A stretch of DNA of 63,468 bases, counting the filler, from Octopus bimaculoides (Eukaryota): the NCBI RefSeq assembly GCF_001194135.2. It is 3 parts of 3 records of this genome, joined end to end, with 100 filler letters (N's around TTAATTAATTAA, not from the genome) between each part and the next. Parts side by side here need not be neighbours in the genome. Positions count along the whole stretch, not along the records: positions 28,280 to 57,748 come from NC_068984.1; 2 more parts are not named here. The stretch is one strand, 5' to 3'. The position numbers were made by a program, and so were the translations under genes. The notes beneath the pieces are model-generated. The model worked only from the letters and a program-made list of their open reading frames with translations, was not told the origin of the DNA and ran no database searches. Below, piece by piece: positions 29,215-40,656 of the stretch (position 1 is the first letter of the stretch; every line of letters starts with the position of its first letter).

Positions 29215-30270
29215 TTGCAGTTCCATTATTCAAAGAAAGTGGTGTGTAGAAGTGGTAGAAATGCTTTCAGTCTGTGGTATGTAAATTCTAATAGGAGTTC
29301 ATATTTTGTCAGAACTTTTTATATTCAAAAGATACAAATTGCATTCCATTGTCAGACACTATCATGTCTAGGATGCCAAATCTCGCAAACAACTCATGTA
29401 AAAAATTTGTCACAGTCGAGGTGGTTGGCTCTTTACACTTACAAATTTCGGACCATTTAGAGAAACTATCAACTACCACTAAGTAGTATGAACCGTTTAA
29501 AAGATCAGCAAAATCGATGTGTGGTCTTGACCACAGAACATATACTTTTGGCCAAGGCTTACTTAGTAATTTTGCTGCAAGAGCACATCCTCTATAGCCT
29601 TTCACTAAATTTTTGGTTTCTGTATCCATTTTTGGCCAGTACATGTAGCTACGCATTAAAGCTTTCATCCTTGAAATACCAGGATGTCCAACATGAAATT
29701 CCTTCAACATTTTCTTTTGTAGTGTTTCAGGTATCACTACTCTCTGTGCATACATCAGTACACCATCATAAATTGAGTATAGGTTAACATCATGGTTTCA
29801 TTTCACACCAATCCTGTTCCTATTTACTTTTCCTGACCATAGCGTTCTTTTCACTTCTGTTATGAATTTGTCCTTTACCGCATTTCACGTTTTCTCGGGT
29901 TACCAGTAATTCACATACCACATTACATCTTTTATTTCTTCTTCTGCTCTTAAAGCTGTGATTACAGTATCTTTGAATGGCTTGCAGTGTTTTGGTATCA
30001 GTCTGGACAAACCATCTGCATGCCATAGTTTTTTTGACAGTAAATATTCCATTTTGTAGTGATAATTCAATAATGAAGTGCCTCATCGCTGTAGTCTATT
30101 TGCTGTGTGTGTTGGTTTTTCTTGTTTAGAACTGTATATTGACAGTAGTGGGTGATGACCCATTTGTAGAAATATTTTGATTTTGATTTTACTTGACTCA
30201 ATAGGTTTCCCCAAGTACGATGTTTTGCCTGACAATTTGAAAGTACTTTAAAGATTGGCTGGTTATGCGA
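29215..30270 (-). mobile_element. Gypsy/Ty3 LTR retrotransposon pol relic (RNase H end plus integrase)
   Basis: HADGLSRL (RNase H end), HVGHPGISRMKALMRSYMYWPKMD...GCALAAK (HHCC zinc finger), and HIDFA...YLVVVDSFSKW...IVSDNGMQF (DDE core). Frameshifted; no LTRs seen. Confidence 0.9.
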
Positions 30271-30274
30271 CACT

Positions 30275-31335
30275 GATAGAGGCTACAGCTGTGATCTCAC
30301 TTTCCTTGCTGAGTCTTCTCAATCACAGCATATCTCCAGAGGTCTTGGTCTTTCGTCATTGCCTCTGTGAGGCCCAACGTTCATAGGTCATGCTTCACCA
30401 CCTCATCCCTTGTCTTCCTGGGTCTCCCTCTTTCACAGGTTCATTCCACTGTTAGGGAGTGACACTTCTTCACACAGCTCTCCTCATCCATACACAGCAC
30501 ATGACCATACTAGCACAGTCGTCTCTCTTGCACACCACATCTGATACTGTGTGCAAGAAGAAATGTCCAACATTTCTCTGAGGGTGCTCACATGCTGTTA
30601 TGTGTGCACACTGACATTACACATCTAGTGGATCATACTACCTTCATTTCTTTCAAGCCTACATATATCCTCAACAGTCACGGCCCATGTTTCACTGCCA
30701 TGTAGGATGGCAGTTTGCACACGTCTCATACAGTCTACCTTTCACTCTGAGCGAGAGGCCTTTTGTCACCAGCAGAGGTAGGAACTTTCTGAACTTTTCC
30801 CAGGCTACACTCTCAGAACACCCATCACCACTACAGACTCGGTCACCTAGATAGCGGAATCTATCAACTACTTCTAGTTTCTCTCCCTGGCATGTAACGG
30901 AATCTGTTTTCTGAACATCTTCAGTGTTTATTTCCCCTGTGTATCTGCCGCACACAAAGACTATCATCTCAGTTAACTGTTCTTTCATGTTACTGCACCT
31001 CTTATTTGTCCATAGCTTACACTGGGTATATTTTACAGAGTTTCTACTTACACCTTTTCTACAGATCGAGCAGGGCCATCTGCCTGAAAGTGTTTGTGAT
31101 TTGTTTGCCATCCTAATTACTAGGACTTTGGTTTTTGCAACATTGACTCTAAGGCCCTTTAATTCTAAACCTTGTTTCCAACCTGAAATTTCTTCTCTAG
31201 TTCTAGTAGTGTTTCAGCTATGACAGTATGGTCATTAGTATAGAGAAGCTCCCAGGGTCAGCCTGTCTTGAATTCCTCTGTTATTGCCTGGAGGACTATG
31301 ATAAATAAGAGGGGGCCGAGGACTGATCCTTGGTG
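30275..31335 (-). mobile_element. RTE-clade LINE 3' fragment (RT C-terminal half with Cys-rich insertion)
   Basis: HQGSVLGPLLFIIVLQAITEEFKTG...GRWPCSICRKGVSRNS...FRYLGD...WEKFRKFLPLLVTKGLSLRVKGRLY, degenerate. Abuts and truncates the Gypsy relic. Confidence 0.9.
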
Positions 31336-31339
31336 AAAA

Positions 31340-31600
31340 AGAGGCGATTGGTGTGCAAGATTATTATCTACCTGGTCATTTTGATTTTCATGTGACTTGA
31401 TATGATTCACATATCTTGCTTTTGACAACAGAACACGTTCACACATAATACATATCTAATGTTCACTGTTAATTTCAGTTCCAATTGTTCATTTGTGACA
31501 GGCCCCTTTAAGCTCAGAGTGCTGAATCATCTTTTCCTCCCAGGCATTGCAGCCAGCACCTCTCTACTTGGTCTGATCCTGAATATCAATTTCCCAATAC
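31340..31600 (-). mobile_element. 3' end of a second RTE-type LINE with a C-terminal C2H2-like finger
   Basis: CERVLLSKARYVNHIKSH resembles RTE C-terminal CxxC...HxxxH tails. Confidence 0.5.
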
Positions 31601-31605
31601 ATACG

Positions 31606-31673
<68 letters not shown>

Positions 31674-32729
31674 TATATACATACACATATATACATACAT
31701 ATACATATACAAATATATACATACATATTATATATATACAAATACACACACACACACANNNNNNNNNNNNNNNNNNNNNNNNNNNNNNNNNNNNNNNNNN
31801 NNNNNNNNNNNNNNNNNNNNNNNNNNNNNNNNNNNNNNNNNNNNNNNNNNNNNNNNNNNNNNNNNNNNNNNNNNNNNNNNNNNNNNNNNNNNNNNNNNNN
31901 NNNNNNNNNNNNNNNNNNNNNNNNNNNNNNNNNNNNNNNNNNNNNNNNNNNNNNNNNNNNNNNNNNNNNNNNNNNNNNNNNNNNNNNNNNNNNNNNNNNN
32001 NNNNNNNNNNNNNNNNNNNNNNNNNNNNNNNNNNNNNNNNNNNNNNNNNNNNNNNNNNNNNNNNNNNNNNNNNNNNNNNNNNNNNNNNNNNNNNNNNNNN
32101 NNNNNNNNNNNNNNNNNNNNNNNNNNNNNNNNNNNNNNNNNNNNNNNNNNNNNNNNNNNNNNNNNNNNNNNNNNNNNNNNNNNNNNNNNNNNNNNNNNNN
32201 NNNNNNNNNNNNNNNNNNNNNNNNNNNNNNNNNNNNNNNNNNNNNNNNNNNNNNNNNNNNNNNNNNNNNNNNNNNNNNNNNNNNNNNNNNNNNNNNNNNN
32301 NNNNNNNNNNNNNNNNNNNNNNNNNNNNNNNNTTATATAATAAATAAATCTTGTCAGTTAAGTTAATTAAAGACTAATATTTCTATAACATTAACTTGGT
32401 CATGGACTATATATTATTGAGAAATCAGTATATAAGTGCATGAAACTGCAATCACGTTTCATATTATTTTTTTTTATTTTTCACACTAATTGTAACCAAA
32501 AAAATAAGTGTTCATTTCATTGCTTGTATAAATTCACTTAACAAAAGAGCATTATAATTCTTAGCTGACAAAATTTTTAATGCTTACAATGCAAATAACA
32601 GTGTCTCTACAAGAGCAGGTTAAATGAAGATAATTGGAAGAGACGGCAAATAATAATGTATACTGTGTTGTACATGTATATTTGTATAGTTTCTGAACAG
32701 AATACTAACAAACACAACAACTCTCGTTA

Positions 32730-33477
32730 TATGAGGTGTAGTCAAAAAGTATCCAACCTTTGTCTAGAAAACAAGTATCATTATAAACTCATTATTTTGA
32801 TTTAGTCTCCTTCAATGTATCTGTCTTGGGAGGCTACACACTTCTGCTAGCAGCGTTCCTGCCACTGCTGGAAACATTTCTGGAAATCACTTTTTGGGAT
32901 GCTTTAGAGCTGCGTCTTCGAATTTTGCTTAATGTCCTCTGTTGACTCAAATCTTCTTCCTTTGAGTGTTTTTTTGAGCTTTGGGAATAGCCAAAAGCCA
33001 CACGGAGCCATGTCTGGAGAATAGGAAGCCTGACAAACAAGTGGTGTGTTTTGCTTGACGAGGAATGCTTGGACAACATGGGCAGAATGAACTGACTGAA
33101 CTGAACTGTCCCATGGCTGATTCCAACATAGGCAACAATCTCCTCAATAGTCATACAACAGTCTTCATAGACTGTTCCTTGAATCTTTGCAATCATTTCA
33201 TTGTTTCTGCTGGTCGATGGTCTTCCACAATGTGGCTCACTGTCCACTAAGGTGCAGAATTTGATACAGTATCTTTGCTCAATGTACTCGGTTACCTTGA
33301 CTCAAAAGGAAAATTCCCACAGCACATTCTTCACATCTGTACTCAACACATTACTGGGGGCCAATGGAGCAACCTACAGAGACGAAAATTTTTGCGCATG
33401 CTCAGGAAGGATGTGGCCAGCTAATACCCATGCAGATTTTGCTCATGCATCATTATACTTTGTGACAACACCTCGTA
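32730..33477 (-). mobile_element. Internally deleted mariner transposon with TIRs and TA TSD
   Basis: TIRs TATGAGGTGTAGTCAAAAAGTAT and ATACTTTGTGACAACACCTCGTA; TA at 32728-29 and 33478-79. Minus-strand remnants EYIEQRYCIKFC, SEPHCGRPSTSRN, MTIEEIVAYVGISHG and YSPDMAPCGFWLF-like text. Confidence 0.88.
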
Positions 33478-33487
33478 TATATATATA

Positions 33488-33545
<58 letters not shown>

Positions 33546-33961
33546 CATATATATATAAATGTCAACCGATAAGAATGAGTGCTCAAAACTGCATTGGTGG
33601 ATAGAATTTCTTTATTTGTGTATCAAGACTACCATTGGTTTCATGCTAAAAAATACCTTAATATCTTAACAGTTTTTCAAGCTGATCAATGGATCACAAA
33701 CCGATCATGTATATATATGTATTGGAGTGTCTATAGCTATTTGTACTGTTTGTAGGATTTTTATGCGCCTCATATTTTTGCTTTTATATATTTTTATATT
33801 TCCTATATGTTATATTTTCATTTATTTATTTATTATTATTATTTTTTTCTTGCTGTACCCTTATTTTTATTTTTATTTTATTTTTGCTTTTGTTTTTGTT
33901 CTTGTTTCTATTTCACCTCTGTTTTTACCTCTTACTCTATATTTGTATGAAATTCTTTGTG

Positions 33962-34090
33962 AATCTCTGAAGAGGCCTAGCGAATCGTGCATGTACCGCC
34001 ATTTCAACATTTCATCCGATAATCACTCCGGCAGGAACTATACGGAAAGAATGGGGCATGACAAAGCTAGGCCGAAACAGCTGTAAGATT
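33962..34090 (+). ncRNA. Type I hammerhead ribozyme, intact core, with an 84-nt structured loop II
   Basis: Stem I AATCT(33962-66)/AGATT(34086-90); CTGAAGA 33967-73; stem II GGCCTAGC/GCTAGGCC (33974-81/34066-73); GAAA 34074-77; palindromic stem III ACAGCTGT; GUA triplet with predicted cleavage after 34085. Confidence 0.9.
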
Positions 34091-34769
34091 AAACTTTTGT
34101 TCATTCTCTAATTCCTTATGTACTTTGTACGTTTATCTGTAAACCCGGTTGTCAAAATAACATGGTTTGTCATAAACACCTGTACTTTGTGTTTTTTCTT
34201 TTGTCACTTTAGCTATGAATTAAATTAATGAATTCAATGGGATACACTGTCTGCAAGTCGTTGGGTGCAGCATATTATCCTCCATTTTCTAAATGATATA
34301 TAAATATACATATATGGGTATATATATATATATACCCTACAAAACACCCTAACCATAGACTACCAGTACTAGATACAGAACTCTGGCTAGTAACTGTGAA
34401 TAATAAAACCCAAGTCCTTCATTTACACTATGCCAAACCTATGGCCTCCTACGGAACTCATCTATTGCGGACAATGTCAAATTGAATATATTGATGGCAG
34501 TCCTCATCATGAGAATGAGAAACGTGTCCCGCATGTGCAACCCTACACACAATTGAAACTACTTATTTGGAAAGCAAGCTTCCTAATCACACAGCTACAT
34601 CACGTGTCCAGTTTTATATTTGGGAAAATAGTTTGGAAAGCCTCTAGCTATGAAGATAATTGCCCAAACAGAATTCAAATATACAAGGATATGCATTAGG
34701 AGAGAAAAATAGATTGTGAAAGAAAACAAAACAATAATGAAATATTGTAATGAATGAAACAATTTTTAC

Positions 34770-34845
34770 CTCAAATTCTTCATTTTCAACAGCTAGTTGT
34801 GGTACTAGAGCAAATAACTTGCAAATTTCTATGGTAATGCCAGGT
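34770..34845 (-). CDS. FOCAD: Focadhesin internal exon G (76 nt; last exon found in the window)
   Basis: (R)PGITIEICKLFALVPQLAVENEEFE versus recalled human RPLILKTLSELFSLVPSLTVNTTEYE. TTTTAG acceptor, GTAAAA donor; phase fits the previous exon. Confidence 0.9.
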
Positions 34846-35848
34846 CTAAAAATTAGATAAAAAAGACAATGGAATATACTAGAATGACAAGTCCTCAAAT
34901 AATTTGCTGTTTAAAGAAAGTAACAGTTGCAACTAGCTGGCTTATCAGACTACAGTTAATTGATGATCTAAATTAGTATTGCACCCTGCTACCAACCAAG
35001 TTGTCTGATGTATATTTTTATGAAAATCTTGATCCTGTAGTAAAGGATATAACTGAGGTCAAGTATCATAGGCAAATAGCTCAGTGGTTTGAGCATTGGG
35101 TTTACAATCATGAAGTAGTGAGTTCAATTCCCAGATAAAGCTGTGTGTGGTGTTCTTGAGTAAGATACTTTATTTCAAGCTGCTCCAGTTCACTCAGCTG
35201 TAGAAATGAGTTGCAATATCACTAGTGCCATGCTGTATCAGCCTTTGCCTTCTCTTGGATAACATATGTGGTGTGAAGAGGGGAGACTAGTATGCATGGG
35301 CAACTGCTGGTCTTCCATAAACAACCTTGCCTGGACTTGTGCCTCATGGCCAAAGAGGGTCTACCATCTCAGTAACCTCTGGATAAAATCCAGAGGTTAC
35401 TGAGATGGTAGAGATCTTCAATAAATGTGTAACAGTATTTATGTTTCATCCATGATGTTTCAGAGTTCAAATAGCACTGTGGTTAATTTTATCTTTCATA
35501 AATCAAAATCAGTCCAGTCAATTGCATGATTGGTTGAGAGAGGGCAGGAGAGATACGGAAAGAGAAGTAAAGAAATTGATAGACAGAAAGATTGACAGAT
35601 AGATACATATACAATGTTGAATAGATGGTGGTGGGAAAGCAATATATACAGCATACTTGATGTTTTCACAGGTGATTGGCCAGTTACTGCAGTATTTGTC
35701 CCAAGATAACACCACTTATGGACTTACTGTATTAAAAACACAGTAAATATCAGAGGGAAATGAACATTTTTCCCAGCAGTGGTCAGTGAGTATCTGATGC
35801 ATCCCAGCCTTTAAAACTGCATTACTGAACATGTCCTTCTTATTTTAA

Positions 35849-36618
35849 CTCTTTAGCATTCAGATTACTCAGTCAAATGTATTACTTATTTATTCAGACG
35901 ACTAGCACCTCTCCTTCATTGGACACTAAACTCGGCTTGCGAAGACCTGTTGGGGCAAGTGAAATCAAAATCGTGTTGGCACCTGTACCAGTGGAGCACT
36001 AAGAGCACCGTCTGAGCATGATCATTCCCAGAGCAGCTGTCTGGCTTCCGTGCCAGTGGCACGTAAATAGCACCATTTGAGCATGATCGTTACCAGTGTT
36101 GCCTTACTGGCACTTGTGCCGGTGGCACGTGAAAAAACATTCGAGTGAGGTCGTTGCCAGTGCCACCGGACTGGCTCCTGTGCACGCGGCACGTAAAATA
36201 CACCATTTAGAGAGTGGCCATTGCCAGTACTGCCTGACTGGCTTTCCTGCCGGTGGCACGTAAAAGCACCCACTGCACTCTTGGAATGGTTGGTGTTAGG
36301 AAGGGCATCCAGCTGTAGAAACTCTGCCAAATCAGATTGGAGCCTGGTGTAGTCATCTGGTTCGCCAGTCCTCAGTCAAATCGTCTAACCCATGCTAGCA
36401 TGGAAGGTGGACGTTAAACGATGATGATGATGATGATGATGATTATTATTATTTTGAATTAACCATGTATTATCTCATAGCCTTGTGATTTTGATGGAAC
36501 AATTGTTTATTTTAAGAATGACATTGTAGAGTAGGTGTGAGAGGTCAGATTTGGCCAGTTCTAACATTAAATAGGTAGAATATCTTGGCTGGATATAGCC
36601 AGCTTAAATGCTAAAGGG
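35849..36618. mobile_element. piggyBac-like MITE interrupted by an RTE 3'-UTR fragment
   Basis: TTAA|CTCTTTAGCATT ... AATGCTAAAGGG ends. The internal sequence matches the 219-bp MITEs at 40438 and 51593 once the insert at about 35893-36450 is removed. Confidence 0.7.
35893..36445 (+). mobile_element. RTE LINE 3'-UTR / RTE-tailed SINE ending in (GAT)n
   Basis: Ends GCATCCAGCTGTAGAAACTCTGCC...GGACGTTAAACGATGATGAT. The same tail precedes the RT fragment at 53312-54368. Contains internal tandem GGCACGT.AA units. Confidence 0.8.
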
Positions 36619-37168
36619 CTACAATAGTAGAATGAGGAAAGTTGCCTGCTATTTCTTTCTACCAGTGATGCAGAACCTTATAGTTAGTTCAACTAGGAGG
36701 TGATATAAATCTACAATTATACAAAGCAGATTTGTGATCTTGCAGTTGTGAGTTCAATTCCACTAGTGAGAACTATTAACTAGAATACAGTGGTATTCTG
36801 TCTAACAAAAAGACTTGTTTCTTTTCAAAAACAAAACCCATATGCATCAGGTCATCAGTCAGAGGAAGGAAATAATAATTTCTCAAAATTGTATAAGGTT
36901 ACAGGTTTGTAAGGCAAGGATATAATTGATTTAATCAACCCCTGTGCATCATTGGTGTTAAATTTATTAACTCAGTCCCACTAGTATTTGAACTTGGAAT
37001 GGAGAGGAATGAAATTAAATAATGCTGTTCTATCAATTTTGCCACTGGACTATACTGGCATGCAGGAGGTATGAAGCAATGACTCAACCTATAAGAAACA
37101 GTAGCCAAATGCCTTCAAATTATATACTACAATCCTAAATATGCAAAGGATGCATTGTAACAATTAAG

Positions 37169-37990
37169 ATGTATAGATCTGAAAAAAAAGATGGGATGGT
37201 CATAGCAAGAATGCCTTTGTCAAAGGTTTGCATGATCAAAACTTACCTGAGTTCAACAACAACAACACCAACAAAAATAGGACACCTCGCAAAGAAACGA
37301 ATAAGGGACAACAATCAATGCACATTAACAAATTGTCCCATCCGTGACACAGATTTATGCCAACGGGTAAATGTTGTGTATAAAATACAATGTAACAAAT
37401 GCAACAAGTTCTATGTGGGTAGCACAACAAGACCGTTACACGTCCGCATCAAAGAACATATGAACACGAGAGCCTCCTCCTTCAGAAAACATCTAGAAAG
37501 ATGCCGGAACACTGATAAAAGCATAACAGTCACAATTGAGGCCGATGAAAGAAATTTGGGTAATTTAAGAATCAAGGAAGCTTTACTCATACACAAACTA
37601 GGACCCCAAATTAACAACAGGATGGAAGTTGGTAATCAATATATTATTTAGCTACATCTGGATGTGTGTAGGTTAATTCTTAATAACATGCTCATATATT
37701 GTTTACAACAAAAAAAAAGAAAGAAAAAAAAAGAGAAGCTGCACGTATAACACATAACTTAGAAGCAGCGCCACAGATGTACCAACACACACGAGATTGA
37801 AACAGCCGACCTCACGCACTTCTCATGAGGAATTCCAGGAGAAGCTCCGTGAGACCACTCCTGAGACGCTTCAGAAAAAAGAAAAACCGTTGGAAAACAG
37901 TTTATAGCAGAGACTCCAGCAAATAAGATCTGAAGAAGGAATTCTAATTCCAAAATATCATCGGACTACAGTTTACCAAGTTACAACAGG
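37169..37990 (+). mobile_element. Penelope-like element 3' fragment: GIY-YIG endonuclease ORF (37169-37651) plus downstream repeat with a hammerhead motif
   Basis: NVVYKIQCNKCNKFYVGSTTRPLHVRIKEH...LRIKEALLIHKLGPQIN is a PLE-type GIY-YIG domain with the CxxC insertion. The RT portion is missing. Confidence 0.88.
37927..37962 (+). ncRNA. Minimal type I hammerhead motif in the Penelope 3' repeat, G12>A
   Basis: GAT-CTGAAGA-A-GGAAT-TCTA-ATTCC-AAAA-TA-TC-ATC. Stems I and II pair and stem III is the palindrome ATAT. GAAA has become AAAA (CpG>CpA type change). Lies about 280 nt downstream of the GIY-YIG ORF. Confidence 0.7.
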
Positions 37991-38197
37991 TATACAGTCT
38001 ATTTTTTGTTCTATATTGCATTGTTATACCTTCCTAAACTTTTTATTCTTTAATAGCATTAATTGTTTGAGTGAGAAATTTAGAGGTATTTTGAACCCCT
38101 AACCCTGAAGTAGTGATGGTTACTGTGTATATATATCAAGAAAGTTGCGAGATAACTGTGGGAAGATTGATTTCTGATCAAAACTTCTGCATATTAA

Positions 38198-38431
38198 CTC
38201 TTTTGGCACCAACCCACCTGAAACTGCCCCATTATACAAACTTGTTCTACGGTACAAACTTCCAGCTTTAAAGGAATCTATATGAAAACCTTCCATCAAA
38301 AGTTTATGTTAATCTATGATCTGAATACCAGCTTCATAATGTTGAAATTATTTTACTAAAGTCTTCATTATTTACAAAATTTATTGAAATGAAGGCAGAG
38401 TATTTTGATAGAAATGTGATAACTAAAAGGC
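38198..38431. mobile_element. Second TTAA-flanked MITE family (other partial copies near 39310-39830, 40200-40300, 48655-48900 and 49030-49140)
   Basis: TTAA at 38194-97 and 38432-35. Recurrent internal motifs CAACCCACCTGA, AAACCTTCCATCAAAA and GTATTTCAACAGAAATATGGT. Confidence 0.6.
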
Positions 38432-39140
38432 TTAATTGTCCTTTAATGGTATAATTAATCACAAGAGGCTAATTGGCTAAGTAAGTGTTGTGAGGACAAC
38501 TAAACTTTGTGTATCATTAGGTTACATTCTGCTTCAGGAATTAAAGGAGGAGGAGGGACAAAAAAGATGAATTTCAGAAGCTGGACCCTGGACAATATTT
38601 TCTAACAATGTTCTGTTTCAGAAAAAAGTGGCATATGATTTAAGGGAGATATTGCTGGCAAATTGTTTAGAGCATTGGTCAAAATTTATGTGGTATTTAC
38701 TTAGATGACTTTATGTTCTTAGGAAAATCCTGAGATCAACATCCCCATTCATCTTTCAGGAGTTGAGGAAGTACAAATAAATAACTGTGTCGATTCCACT
38801 ATTGCAAACTAGACATGACTTGTAATAGAAGACTCCACAGAGACTTACCTAGCTTAGTTTATCTACCCATAGAATATATGGCAAGCATATCTTGGAAAGT
38901 TATCAGTTGCAGACAATTGAATACAGAAACAAAACAAGGCAAAAAAAAAAAATAATAAAATTTGCTACTCAGCTGCTTAAAGTCAGTGAAACTAAAGTTC
39001 AGCTCTGTGGCTCTGTTAACTCTTCTAATTATAACTGCAACATGATTACACCACAGCTGAATTAGTGATAAGATGTCAGACTCTCAAAAATAATAAAGTA
39101 TAAAATTTTGAAACTCTATAGGACATAATATGAGACTTAC

Positions 39141-39199
39141 CTAGAATCATTGGCAAGTTTGGTTGACAGTAATTTCCACAGACTTTGAATATTGATCAC
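39141..39199 (-). CDS. FOCAD: Focadhesin internal exon F (59 nt)
   Basis: VINIQSLWKLLSTKLANDS(R) versus recalled human VVCIRSTWNALSPKLSCDTR. CTACAG acceptor, GTAAGT donor. Confidence 0.9.
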
Positions 39200-39808
39200 C
39201 TGTAGTGATAAAACATATATAAGTATAAACACACTCTTCCTACACCTTTTTCATCCTCTCTCCCCTCACTCTCTATATTTTCAACTAGACTAGCGATTTT
39301 AGGCTTATTGATACCAACCTGCCTGAGGTCACCCCTGGTTTTAAGATATAAAAATTCCTGACCCAATTTAAAACCTTCCATCAAATTTTCATGTCTATTT
39401 AAAGTTTATCACCACACAACTCATGGTTTAGTAACTGGTGTTAAAAATGTGAATAAAAATCCAAGAATGTAAGGAATAAAAGAGGTAAATAAAGACAGCT
39501 AAAACAATGTTAGTTACATTTCTTGTAACATACCTAAAACCCGAGTAGCTCGTCTTAAAACATTAGTTTAATAATGACAAAATTATTTTACTAAATTCTT
39601 CATTATTTTCAAAATTAATTGAAACAAAAACAGTGTATTTCAAATGAAATATGGTAACAAAAGGTCAACCCTTTAATACTAACACATCTAAGATAGCCTC
39701 TGGTTCTATGATGCAAACTTTCAGTTTTAAAGAGATCTAAATAAAATCCTCCCACCAAAATTTCATGTTTATTTATGTTCCAAACACCAGCTTCTCAATG
39801 ACAAAGTT

Positions 39809-39988
39809 CAGTTCTATCTTTAAGAGATGAGGAATTATGTACATTATTTACATTATTCACATTCGACGGATATTTGTCCTCATCTTGTTTGCTGTTAAAT
39901 AATGTTTCGGCTGATATACCCTCCAGCCTTCATCAAGTGTCTTGGAGAAATTTCGAACCTGGGTTCTCATTCCTAAGGTATTTTTTGA

Positions 39989-40044
<56 letters not shown>

Positions 40045-40199
40045 TCACTGCTTGGAATCAAACTTGGAATCTTGGGGTTAGTAGCCCATGCTCTTAACCA
40101 CTATGCCATATGCCTGATGAAGGTTGGAGGGTATATCAGCCGAAACGTGTTAACAACAAACAAAATGAGGACAAATATCCATCGAATGTAAATAATGTA
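39809..40199 (-). mobile_element. Composite non-autonomous retroelement: tRNA-Ser-like head, (AAT)n, hammerhead-like core and tail, preceded by an inverted copy of the core and tail
   Basis: Minus-strand head 40110-40041 has an A box (TGGCATAGTGG) and a B box (AGTTTGATTCC). Hammerhead-like core at 39936-39901. Inverted arms are 39851-39936 and 40113-40199. Flanked by AA[T/G]GACAAAGTT at 39797-39808 and 40200-40211. Confidence 0.8.
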
Positions 40200-40437
40200 A
40201 AGGACAAAGTTATTTTAATAAATTCATCAAATTTTTTTTTTAAAAATTACTTGAAATGTAAGTAATGTATTTCAACAGAAATATGGTATAGAAAGAGTTA
40301 AGTGTTTGAATCTCAAAATAACCAAGCAAGAATTCATATTCTCTGATAAAACTTAAATTCTTTTGATGTAGGCTGTTGTCTACATCAACAGCTTGTCAAT
40401 AACAACACAAAGTTATACAAATCTATTGCAACATTAA

Positions 40438-40656
40438 CCCTTTAGCATCCAAATTGGCCATGGCTATCTAAAATATTTAACCCGATTTATATTGAAACTG
40501 GTCAGATTTGGCTTCTCACTTCAACCCTACAATGTCATTCTAAAACTGAACAATCACATCACTGAAATCTCTAAAATACAAGATAATACATGATTAATTG
40601 AAAACAAAATAAATAAACAAACATTGTATTTGACAAAGTAATCTGAATACTAAAGG
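40438..40656. mobile_element. 219-bp piggyBac-like MITE
   Basis: TTAA|CCCTTTAG ... CTAAAGG|TTAA. Reverse orientation of the 51593 copy. Confidence 0.75.

Noticed and set aside
32589-32693. Possible next FOCAD exon (open frame between AG and GTAAGC)
   Set aside because: The translation KLYKYTCTTQ...DTVICI does not resemble the expected NFKVQVLSFLW region.
40041-40110. tRNA-Ser gene
   Set aside because: No acceptor stem, no long variable arm and a decayed B box; it is a SINE head.
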